Source: Balanoglossus misakiensis
Taxonomy: Eukaryota; Animalia; Hemichordata
DNA length: 64,000 nt
Direction of reading: 5' to 3'
Assembly: GCA_040954595.2 (NCBI GenBank)
Contig: CM082596.2
Span: 5,716,791-5,780,790 of the forward strand
In this document: piece by piece, positions 52,701-64,000 of the stretch
How positions within the stretch are numbered: the stretch's first letter is position 1
Layout: each line of letters starts with the position of its first letter
Position numbers and translations under genes: made by a program
The notes under the pieces: model-generated
What the model saw: the letters and a program-made list of their open reading frames with translations, nothing else
What the model was told of the DNA's origin: nothing
The model's database searches: none

Positions 52701-55700
52701 CTCTCCGTTGGCCTGACACACGATGTACGTCACGTTGCTTTCGAAGTGGTACCCTTCATTGCACTCGTAGACCACGGTGTCTTCGTAGAGGTAAGAGTCG
52801 CCAGACTTCTCACCATTCTCTACGTCGTCGGGTTCTCCGCAGTCAACAGCTTAAATGTGTGAATATACAACAAAGAGATTTTTGAAATGAGACCATTTCT
52901 CAAGTATTATGCGAAGCAAACATCCAAGTTAGTGTCAGAAAGACATTCTTTAAGATTTGGAAGATTGTTTACATTTTACCACTGGCCAGGACAGGAAACG
53001 TTGCCATGTACGGCCATTAACAACTAGTAGTGTGTAATATTTCATACAATAAAAACACATGCTGATTTCTTGACGACACAAATATAGAGTCATATCAAAC
53101 AATCACGTGACACGTGTCTGCAGCGAATTTGAATGAGAAACCTACGTATGCACTCTGGCACATCTCCACTCCAAAGTCCACTGGAAAGACAGGTTATTGT
53201 CTCAGTTCCGTTCAAAGAGTATCCTTCCTGACACTTGTAGGTCACGTTGCTACCATAGGTGTAATCATCGCCATCTGATTCGCCGTTGTCTGGTTGACCC
53301 GGGTCACCACATGATATAGCTATTGAAATAAGAATAAGTTTTCTATGCAAGGTTAGGGACAAAAATGACATTACCAGAAACCTAGCTGTGATGATTGTAG
53401 CGGGTGCTGCTTGGTTGACTGGTGTTCACAGCAGCATCACCAGTTAACCTGGCACCACCATCTACTATCATGATTGAAGCTACCAGAAACCCTGCCACTA
53501 ATAGTCTATAAGGCAATTCTTGAACCACTTTGAAAAGTCATGTCCTGTCCAGATCTAGTGTGAACTCCTTCAGCCTTACCCGTGTGTCAGCAAGACAAAA
53601 TTTAACTTCATAAAATCCCCCAGTATTAAAGTCCCTCCAATTGGCCAAAAGTCCCAACAACGGACCATCCTACAAAAACAGTCCTTGGGCCTACCGTCAC
53701 ACTTTGGAACTTGTTCCATCCAATTACCATCATTGCCACAGGTGACACTCGTGTAGTTCGTAGACAATTCGTATCCTTCGTCGCAGATTAGTGACACTTC
53801 CTCGCCGGGTTTGTAGAATTCTTTTTCCGGAAGGAATTCGCCGTGAACGTCATCGGTGGGAAGATGGCACACGGGTATTGCTGAGAAGCACATGGTTGTG
53901 GAAAATGAATTGAAATTTCACGTCTTTCGACAGCATCACAACTCAGGGGCACTTACACGTAAGCCCCAAGCACAGGGCGTAAATTAATTTGTGGCAACTA
54001 GTCATTGAGCATATTTCAACATGTAGAAAGACTTGAATATCTAAAATTACTAAAATGTTGTCAAAATTACAAGACCTTGTGCCTTTAACAATTATGTGCA
54101 TGTAGATTAGATGGTTACATTAGCTTACTAGTATCTCATCTTATCTTTGCTTATAAAATGAAAAACTCTAGAACTTCAGTAATCGGTTGAATCTGCTTAC
54201 CTTGGAAATCCAAACGGTATGTTCCATTCCTGGCGTTATCTTCGTCACCCGAGTACAGTACGACAAATGTGATATTAGAGAGTGTTTCCAGATCTGTGAG
54301 ACTTCCCTGCGAGGGACAACCTGCCAGGAAATTCCCATCTTCGTCGTACACTGTCACATTATCTCCGTTTCTCAATGCGAACTCTGTAAACTCTAAACGC
54401 ATGATGGTGTCTTCTGGTGTCGATATCAGCGTTGTGTATTCAACGGCCATCGGATAGGGATACGGGTATAATGGCGAGAATGCTGAACCGTTGTAACCAG
54501 TGACTGCTTCGGTAGTTGAGAGCAATAGCGCTTGAGAAAAATCACAAAACAGCCAGTGTTATACAAAATAAGGAAATAACATATGTTTATTATAGATAAT
54601 TTGCATAACATTATCACTAAGACAAAATAGAGGAGCATCATGGAATTAAACGGTGTCTTAATGTAAAATTATTGTGACGCATCGTTTATGGCAGCTTTCG
54701 TGTCACGTGTTCACCATAGTTAGGCCTATACGTATATTTTATACATGTAGAATGCTTCTGTCGTCAACTATACTGTTCAAGTTGTCAAAAGTGGTTTCAG
54801 CAATCAGAGTAAGCCTCCACTCGAAAACTCATATTACACGCCCGTGTACACAATGCAACTTCACGGTCACCAGGGTGTACATGTTACTCCAGTACGTGAT
54901 CTTGCGTCATTTTGTCGTGTATGGTAGAATGAAATAACACTTACCTTCGAATTGAAATTCAAATTGCCCAAATCCTTTACCACCAGGTCCTGAGTCATAG
55001 ACTGTATCAAGTTGCATCACCATTTTGTTTCCAGTCGTGTTAAAATTTTCACCCTCGCCGCATTTTTTATCTAGATATTTGACGACAAGCTCTCCGTTGT
55101 TGCCATCAAATATGTAGACAGTGTCAAAAGTGTAAAGGTCACATTCACGGAATGCCCCCGTGACAAATGTTCCATTCGGACAATAAATATTCCAAATGTA
55201 TGTGGCCTCTATATTTGGGTAAATTCTTTCTGGATGTTCAGGTGAATAAATGTAACCTTTCTGTCCAAAGATGTCACCACCATTGCCACCTATGACTGGA
55301 ACATAAAATGAACCGTAATAAAATGATGGCACTTAATATAAAAATGTAGAATCAAGAGTAACAGTGGATGCAGTGGTGAAACTTTGACACTATAAATGAA
55401 TTCTGTATAACTTACCATTGAAATTTAACTTGAATCCACAAGGCTCTGTTCCGTTCTGCCACGATTGGTCTAGAGCTCTTAATGTAATCCACATTCTATT
55501 TGACTCAGAATCATTTACTGTTGAAGGATGGTCGTCGTTTGTATAACGCCCTATATCCGGAACGCCGGGGTCATCGTTTCCAATTTCTACACAATCTTCT
55601 GGATATCTCAACTGGAAGTTTGTGAAGGAGGACGTGAATACTGTTCCTTGGTAACTATTTATCGCCCAGGTACACTCGCCACCTTTCAGATAGGATTCAG

Positions 55701-56903
55701 GATAAAATGGGGATGAGACACTTCCTCCTTCAGTTCTTATGTCGCCGCCACATGCTAGATGGAAAGACAGCATGACATGAGTTAATGACGTCATTTGTCA
55801 TCATTTCACGTATGTTGCTTTCAATACCTGATAACAAACCCGGATAAAACCGTAATATTTATATTTATACATCTGATTTATTTAATTTAGAACCCCTTAC
55901 TTACAATCATATTGTATTTTAAAGTAGACTTGGTCATCAGTGATTGTGGGTGAATACAGTCGAATCCACATCACATTGGACGAAGCATATCCTATACCTA
56001 TTGGTAATTGAGAAGTGCAGTCGGACTGGGTGTAATTTGCCATGAGTGTGTCGGTAGCAGTTTCACCGTCTCGGATCTCGATGTAACCGTAATCATAGCT
56101 TCCGTTTCCTGCCAACAAATTGCATTCTAAAAGTTTGGCTGTCACGTTGGAGCCCTCCGTTGTGTGCACCGTCCAAATACATTCATCTGTATCCATTCCA
56201 GTTGAGCCCTCATATTCTATTGTGCCGTCTTGTTGGTGAACTTCACCTCCACATTCTGACCCTGTGGAAACATGGGAATACCAGTTGTGAAGTTGAGGTT
56301 GTGAGGTATAATGTGTTGTCAGTATAAAATTATACAACCAAATCAATCAATCAGTCAACCAACCAAAAAAATGTAGATGTAACATAAATGTTGTGCATTT
56401 GGTGTTGACAGTCACGTGATCTCATGGTAACGTTCGTGCTCTCAACGTCTTCTTAAACACGGAAGTGTTTTGATAATATATTTTTGTCTGAAAAGTTCCT
56501 GAAAATTGTGATTTATGAACTTGTTAGGTATAACACAAATGAATCGAATTTGAGACAAGGGCGGCTAGACAGAACCAACTTTACATTTTTGATCGTGCAG
56601 AGCTAGGGTATTGAGGTTTTCTATACATTTCACCGGTCATAGATTGGGCTGGTGAGATAGTTTTAACACAATCTGACGTAGCTTTTAAATCCAGTTAACA
56701 TAGTATGTCGAATATAAGGAACGTTTATGGATGAACTAGAACAAGGCTTAACTTCGCCGCTTGATGTCGACCATGCGTCGCCGTCCACTCCTGTAATATG
56801 GATATACACATTTTCGGCTGAAAAAGCTTTTGTACATACCTCCGCTACTGGGTATACCCATCAAAACAGAGGCGACGACAATAAACGCACTAAATGGTGA
56901 CAT
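49770..56903 (-). CDS. Receptor B: signal peptide - 4xCUB - 3xCCP/sushi - TM - ~700 aa acidic Tyr-repeat cytoplasmic tail
   Basis: Signal exon 56840-56903 (MSPFSAFIVVASVLMGIPSSG-). CUBs ~55905-56260, 55416-55755, 54945-55295, 54201-54530. CCPs ~53696-53881, 53146-53319, 52670-52849. Linker 52399-52425. TM exon 52077-52143 (VIAVIILAVLVIIIIVIVILRRR). Tail exon 49770-51873. Ectodomain introns are phase 1. Confidence 0.88.
50020..51093 (-). repeat. Coding tandem repeat, 141-bp (47-aa) unit, 7 full copies plus a partial copy, in the receptor B tail
   Basis: Unit FVDNDIYEGGDGGLAKPDAKFTDNVLYESADHIDSKDAVESSAGGVG. The DNA anchor tcgta(a/t)atgtc recurs every 141 nt from 50080 to 51067. Confidence 0.97.
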
Positions 56904-58229
56904 GACAGCAAGCTCGAATGACGAGACGTGAATGATGATGAACGATATATGGAGACAATATTTCCCGGTTCAATGTGCAAACGTATTATCTGTTCACCTT
57001 TCAATCGACAGGCCAATGTCTGAAACGCAGTGTCAATCCAGAAGTGAATAAAGGGACTACAAACGCATTACACAGGAATGCCGGAGATAATACTGAATTC
57101 AGGGATGGGACTTCAGGTTTTTGGGCGCAGTGAAATTGGACTTGTTAAAATCAGACCAGCTGCTCTGCAAAACAATTAAACTGTGAAAAAGTGACGATCT
57201 CAAAAAGATCCCTTTTATTGTCTTCAAACATAAACCTATGAGGTAGCAAATATTTTTTCATCGCTCCGCCCCAAAATATAATGGCAGATCCCTTCAACCA
57301 CTTTACGGGTTTGGCACGTATCTATCAGCGTTTATCAGCGACGTCGGTTATTGATAGTTTGTAGATCGTCGTAATTGTTTGTTTCCACTGTTAAGTGTTC
57401 TTTTAAGTACGTTTAAAAATAAATTATTTTGGTCAAAGTTTTTTTTTCAAGCAGACCATAGACTCATATTGAGTTGTCCGTCCACACATTCATAAATAGA
57501 ACAGTTATAGAGCTTTCCCCAAATTAAATCAAGGATTAACATGTTATAAATATACCCACATGTAAAATTATATCTATTAGGAAGGAGTGGGTGAGTAGAT
57601 ATGGTCGCCCTTTGACAAAAGGCTAGGGGGTGGGGGTGATCATGTCAACAGGGGGTGACTCACCCCAACCCCCTGTCTCGATGAAAGACTAGCCTATTTT
57701 GCTTTGCTCATTTGGGCATAGACCAGCCAGCAAACAATGTCGCTATCTTGGTTTCCCAGACACCGTTGTCTTAGCTTGGCGCATCATGGACAAGAAGCCT
57801 TTTGGTGCGATGTTTTTTTAAGTATTTCAAAATTTCGAAATATTTAACAGGGAAAGTCAATTGAAAACACTCTAAGCTTGGTTTACCCAATCATCATTGA
57901 GATAGCTTGGCGAACCATGGACAGGGAGACCAGTGGCATGATATCGACTTTATTTATTTCACCAGAAAAGAAAACTAATGTACATGTACTGATTGTTTCA
58001 TCTTTTCAGAAAGAAAGCAGTATCAAACTTGCACTACAAGAAACAGTAATCATATAGATTACATTGTATTTGTAAAATAAAATTTACGGACAACGATTGT
58101 CATAATTTAATATTTATAAAGGAGACACGTTCGTTGTTTAATTTGATAAGTGAGGCTGTAGTTTGGAAATTCGTCTTGTGTATTTGCACTGTTTATGATG
58201 CCATTGATTTTCTTATCTGCAAACTTGAA

Positions 58230-61019
58230 TCACTTAGTTAGAGCCGTATACATATCTTCGTTGTTTCCTCTTCCCTGTGGTTGCAAGTGCATGTACTGAT
58301 CAGCTTCAATACCATTTCCCATTACGTCATCGGAAGCGTTGTCTTGATTCGCGTTACAATACATATGATCAGCTTCAATACCATTTCCCATTACGTCATC
58401 GGCAGCGTTGTCTTGATTCGCGTTACAATACATATGATCAGCTTCAATACCATTTCCCAATACGTCATCGGAAGCGTTGTCTTGATTCGCGTTACAATAC
58501 ATATGATCAGCAACATCTGTGTTCTCATACCGAGTACCGCCATTCCCTCTATCGTCACCCCTCCCCGTATGTCCGTCAGAAACATCACCAGTTGAGGGCA
58601 AGGGCTCGTGGGGACCATCATCAGGCGTGCGAATGTGATTCACGTACATCATATTCGGCGTTTGACTTTTGTTCAACTTCATTTCGGGGAGTCTGTCATC
58701 TTCTTTTCCTTGATATTTAGTGTTCAGGATTGACCTGTAGTGATTAATATAAACATGGAATTTTATTGACCTCAGAAATATTTCTGGCATTGTCTTGTTT
58801 TTGTCTAGAATTAATTTACCCGGTGTTCCTACAGTCAAACATAAAAATAGGTCTGATACTGTGCATTATTTTCTCTAATACTCTTTTTGCTCTCAGTTTT
58901 GATGGTGTTTAGTGTTATTGTCCGTTTTAGGGACGATAATGTCTGAAATAAAGATCGATAATAATAATAACATATTACCTGCGATAAAGTAGTGTACTGA
59001 CAAAAAGTATGATAATCGCAACCAAAATTATCCCAGTAACACAAACAAGAACAACTGTAAATTGAAAGAACGCTAGTTTAAAGAACAATGAAATTGGGTA
59101 ATCTACTTTCATATTAGTGTAATTCAATGTGTCCTTTGACTTTCATATTAAAACACCTGGAGAAATAAAAAAGAGAGTTTGAGCCATGTATAGATGCTCA
59201 ATCACAATATTGCAGCATTTGAGAAATGCAACAAAATTATGCGAAAATTTTCATTGACAATTATATTGTCAGCAAAAATCCTTTTCTGCAATATTACAGG
59301 TCTAGAGATCTGTAAATTAAGTAGGTGACTTCCATACTAACAAAACATAAATCATGTCAGCAAATTTATCAAATGGCATACTTACTCAATCCAACGAGCA
59401 CGCCGGTATCGTCACCTATGTAATGAGATTAAAAAGAACATGAATTAACCAGTTACATTGTTTTTACATTAAATTTGTCCGTACTTGTAAAAAATGCAAG
59501 GCCACAAAACAGGTGGCAATTTTCAAGTCTTACCAACGGGAACGCAGCTAGGGAGTTCAGTCCACTCTCCGTTGGCCTGACAAACGACGTAGGTCACGTT
59601 AGTTCCGAACTGATACCCGTCATTACACTCGTAGACCACGATGTCCTCGTAGAAGTGGGAATCGCCAGACTTGTCACCATTTTCTATGTCATCCGGTTCA
59701 CCACAGTCAATGGCTAATCGAGCAATTAATGGAGTCGCATTAGTAATTCATGCATCCTTTCTGAACAAGAGCGATTACAATCACTGGGGTCCATTTCCGA
59801 TTTCTACATCGCAAAACTCAGACAGCCAAGGATGTGACGTTATCATAGACAAGCATATCCATCAAATGCTTTTTAATACAGCACTGATTTGGTATATGAT
59901 GCAACGCCTGTAGAAACTTGCCCTTTGTCCTTACTTTTCATCCACTAAACACAGACCCCCTTATCAGAAAACAGAGTCTTATGCTGCTGTGCATTTTGAA
60001 GCAAACCTTTGATATGTTTAGCTTCATCATTATTGCATCAAGTGGCGTTCCTCTTTTGTAGTGAGAACGTAAAATAATCCGGTATGATAGTTCTCGTTTG
60101 AGTATTTTGGATAGTGTTTTTACAAAAAACAAATCACAAGTAGTTTATTTCAAATATTCTGATAGAAATACATACATTCTGCATATTCTATGAACTTACT
60201 TTCACATTTGGCTATGGTGTTACTCCACGAACCGTCATTCCCACATGTAACATTTGTGTAGTTTGCCGACAACTCGTATCCCTCGTGACAAATCAATGTC
60301 ACTTCATCGCCAGGCTTGTAGTAGTCTTCGTCAGGAAGCAGGTTACCATTGAGTTCGTCCTCAATGGGAGGGCACACGTGTATTGCTGTGAATTGAGATT
60401 ATATTAGAAATACAACTTGAATATTAATAGGTACAGATGGAATCTGTATGTTTTGTACATCAGTTGTTATGATCGGAGGTCACTATCCTGTTTATTTCTG
60501 TCTACGTAATCTTACCTTGGAAATCCAAACGATAAGTTCCATTTCTGGCATTATCGTTGTCACCTGAATACAGCAGGACAAATGTCACATTGGAGTGTGT
60601 TTCTATCGGCGGGTGGTTGCTAGTTGACTGATAACACGCCAGGAGATGCCCATCTTCATCGTAGATCGACACATTGTCTCCGTTTCTCAATACTAATTCT
60701 GTAAACTGTAAAGTCATGATGGTGGCTTCTGGTGTTGATATCTTTGTTGTGTACTCAGTGTCCATTGGATATGGTAGCGGGTAAATGGGCGAGAATGCTG
60801 AACCGTTGTAGCCAGTGACTTCTTCAGTCGTTGTCAGAAGTTGCGCTACGGAAAACCAATCTAGTGCTATCATGATCGTAAACGATGTTCATCCAAAGCA
60901 TTATGTGAGAGAGATTGATATTCATTTATGCAAAATGTATTAATAGACATTTCAGGAAAAGTACATTTGATCTGTATATCGTACACTGTGTAAAGAAATA
61001 AAGTCGATGATGATGATGG

Positions 61020-61066
<47 letters not shown>

Positions 61067-62955
61067 CTGATGATGATGATGATGATCGAAACCCCATATT
61101 ACACTCGTGTACACAATGTAACTTCACGGTTACCAAGGTGAACATGTTTTTCCTGTACGTGATCTTGTGTCCATTTTGTCATGTATGGTACAATGAATTA
61201 ACACTTACCTTCGAATTGAAATTCAAATCTCCCATATCCTTTACCACCGGCAGCTGACTCATAGACTGTATCAAGTTGCATCACCATTTTATTTCCAGTC
61301 GTGTTAAAATTTTCACCCTCGCCGCATTTTTTATCTAGATATTGGACGACAAGCTCCCCGTTGTTGCCATCAAATATGTAGACAGTGTCAAAAGTGTAAA
61401 GGTCACATTCACGAAATGCCCCTGTGACAAAGGTTCCATTCGGACAATAAATATTCCAAATGTAGGTGGCCTCTATATTTGGGTAAATTCTTTCTGGATG
61501 TCCAGGTGAATATATGTAACCTTTCTGTCCAAAGATGTCACCACCATTGCCACCTATGACTGAAACATAAAAAGAACCGTAATAAAATGATGGCACTAAA
61601 TATAAAAATGTAGAATCAAGAGTAACAATGAATGCAGAGGTGAAACTTCGGCATTATAAATGAATTCTGCTTAACTTACTGCTGTACTTTAACTTGAACC
61701 CACAAGGCTCTGTTTCGTTCTGCCACGATTGGTCCAGAGCTCTTAATGTAACCCACATTGTATTTGACTCAGAATCATTTACTGTTGAAGGATGGTCGTC
61801 GTTTGTATAACGCCCTATATCCGGAATGCCGGGGTCATCGTTTCCGATTTCTACACAATCTTCTTGATATCTCAACTGGAAGTTTGTGAAGGAGGACGTG
61901 AATACTGTTCCTTGGTAACTATTTATCGCCCAGGTACACTCGCCACCTTTCAGATAGGAATCGGGATGAAATGGCGAAAGGACATTTCCTCCAGCAGTTC
62001 TTATGTCGCCGCCACATGCTAGATGGAAAGACAGAATGACGTCTTAAGGATTTGTCTTCGTTTCACGTATGTTGCTTTCAATACGTGATAACAAATCCGG
62101 ATAAAACCGTAATATTTTTGTTATACATCTGATTAATTTAATTTAGAAATCCTTACTTACAATCATATTGTATTCGAAAGTAGACTTGGTCATCAGTGAT
62201 TGTGGGTGAATACAGTCGAATCCACATCACATTGTACGAAGCATATCCTATACCTATTGGTAATTGAGAAGTGCAGTCGGACTGGGTGTAATTTGCCATG
62301 AGTGTGTCGGTAGCAGTTTCACCGTCTCGGATCTCGATATAACTGAAATCATAGCTTCCATTTCCTGCCAACAAATTGCATTTTATAAGCTTGGCTGTCA
62401 CGTTGGAACCCTTAGTTGTGTGCACCGTCCAAATACACTCGTCTGTATCCACTCCAGTTGAGCCCTGGTATTCTATTGTGCCGTCTTTCCCGTGAACTTC
62501 GCCTCCACATTCTGACCCTGTGGAAACGTGGGAATACCAGTTGTGAAGTTGAGGTTGTAAGGTATAATGTGTTGTCAGTATAAGATTATACAACCAATCA
62601 GTCAGTCAGTCAGTCAGTCTATTAGTCAGTCAGTCGATCAGTCATTTTATCCAGGCTGTCGCATGTATAGGAGTAACATGTCAAACGTCTGTCTTTCTGT
62701 CTTGAAATTTCATGAAAGTGAATTTTTCAGTCTATGAAGTTCACATCATTCGTTATTTGAGCTAAACGTCTTGTTGTCCAGTTTCAGCTAGACGATGTCA
62801 ACATCATCCGTCAAAATAAAAAAAAAACGACACTCGAAGGTGACATGGTGTCATCCAATATCAATCTACAGCTTCGGCTGAAACCACGTACCTTTGCAAC
62901 TGGCTATGCTCATCAACAAAGGAGCGACGGCGTAAAACACTGTAAGTGATGACAT
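58230..62955 (-). CDS. Receptor C: signal peptide - 4xCUB - 2xCCP/sushi - TM - short YxN-repeat cytoplasmic tail
   Basis: Signal exon 62892-62955 (MSSLTVFYAVAPLLMSIASCK-). CUBs ~62161-62516, 61679-62018, 61209-61559, 60516-60845. CCPs ~60200-60386, 59534-59713. Linker 59386-59415. TM exon 58978-59054 (IVLVCVTGIILVAIIILFVSTLLYRR). Tail exon 58230-58734. Confidence 0.88.
58297..58511 (-). repeat. Coding tandem repeat, 69-bp (23-aa) unit x3, in the receptor C tail
   Basis: Unit ADHMYCNANQDNA[SA]DDV[LM]GNGIE. The anchor tgatcagc occurs at 58297, 58366, 58435 and 58504. Confidence 0.96.
61006..61086. repeat. (GAT)n microsatellite in a receptor C intron
   Basis: Near-perfect GAT run of ~80 bp. 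Confidence 0.95.
62598..62645. repeat. (TCAG)n microsatellite in receptor C intron 1
   Basis: tcagtcagtcagtcagtcagtc..tcagtcagtc. The paralogous position in B (~56342-56363) carries a short TCAA/CCAA run. Confidence 0.8.
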
Positions 62956-64000
62956 GACACCCATCTCAATGACGAGTAACCAGAGGAGGAAATCGTCTGC
63001 ACATACATTATTTCCTGGTTCAATGTACACCCCGATATTTTTCACCCTTCACATGGAAACCCATAGACTGAATTGTTGTGTAAATATATAACTAAAATCG
63101 ATACTGCCATGCACTACCATAGACAAAAGAAGGTTTAGAGGTGGAACTTCCAATTTCAAGTCGTTGGGGTAGTGTAGATTAAATCAGTTTTATCAGTCGA
63201 TAAAATCAGACCAGCTACTCTACAAAACATCTACATAGTCTTTAAAATCAAATTTGTTAACATCAATCATCAACGTGTCGTCATTAATTGGTCTGCTGTT
63301 TAATCTATTAATGGAATCGAACTAGTACGCCGGCGCACGAAACCCACTGGTGTCAAACCCAAATATGGCGACTCAGATATCGTATTAACATAAATGTTGG
63401 CCAATAAACCAATAATATAAAACAACATTAATGTTTAACTTTTGAATTTTTGAACTTCCTTTTATCGCAAAAGGGGCAGAAATCAGTTATCTTGATAGTC
63501 TGTCGACCACACGAGATGTTTTATTTCTCATCTAAAGGTAACAAAAACCTTATGTACATTAAAATTGGGACGCTCGTTTATTCCAAAAATGACATTTGGG
63601 GTGTGTGAGAGAAAAATGACAATTCGAGATGACAGAAAATAAACACTATCATAGAAATCGATGATCCATCAAATCCAATGTTAGACGTGTTATTGTTATC
63701 TTGAGGGAGTGCTGTACTTTCAACGATTTTGGCCAAAATGTCAAATACATAAGATTCAGGTGTGTGTTCATCGCAGCCTGACACCAGCCACAGGTGATGT
63801 CATGGTTGTCATCTGACTCATCGTGAAAGAATGCAGAAATTATCACTCAGATATACCGTACTGATAACCCTTCTGACCTCGTACCATCCTGTCTTTGAAC
63901 GACCATCATCCCACACACGATATTCATCCAAATGTGGTATGCGAGGTATTTCTACCTTATACACTATCAATCAGCGAATTCAATCTTTGCTCGATATACT

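Noticed and set aside
60870-61145. Poly-Ser and poly-His ORFs
   Set aside because: These are translations of an intronic (GAT)n microsatellite.
63560-64000. Possible tail of a fourth receptor paralog at the window edge
   Set aside because: Only short ORFs with stops are present and there are no DNxxY or YxN repeats. It cannot be supported without flanking sequence.
1-64000. Frequent TACATGTA palindromes
   Set aside because: They are scattered through introns and intergenic DNA with no positional pattern, which looks like a genome-wide compositional trait rather than a local element.

Overview
This is eukaryotic, intron-rich DNA with AT-rich introns. The gene content suggests a marine invertebrate deuterostome (hemichordate or echinoderm-like), which is an inference. 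Seven spliced genes can be reconstructed by hand: (1) a membrane-anchored SPFH/band-7-like protein (-), head-to-head with (2) CASD1 sialate O-acetyltransferase (+); (3) an ankyrin-repeat/death-domain protein (-) built from a duplicated 8-exon module; (4) puromycin-sensitive aminopeptidase NPEPPS (-); and (5-7) a tandem cluster of three single-pass CUB/CCP(sushi) receptor-like genes (-), called A, B and C here. The cluster is the main result. B and C have nearly identical distal CUB1-3 ectodomains, in a ~1.5 kb homogenised tract bounded by microsatellites, but their tyrosine-rich tails are unrelated. A and B share the tail motif F[TV]DNxxY[ED] but have different ectodomains. This pattern resembles an undescribed paired-receptor system with swappable ectodomains and tails. 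The window also contains three probable GC-AG introns, several short MITEs with clear TSDs, and a ~216-bp tandem array with internal inverted repeats. Exon boundaries were read manually and may be off by a few nt.
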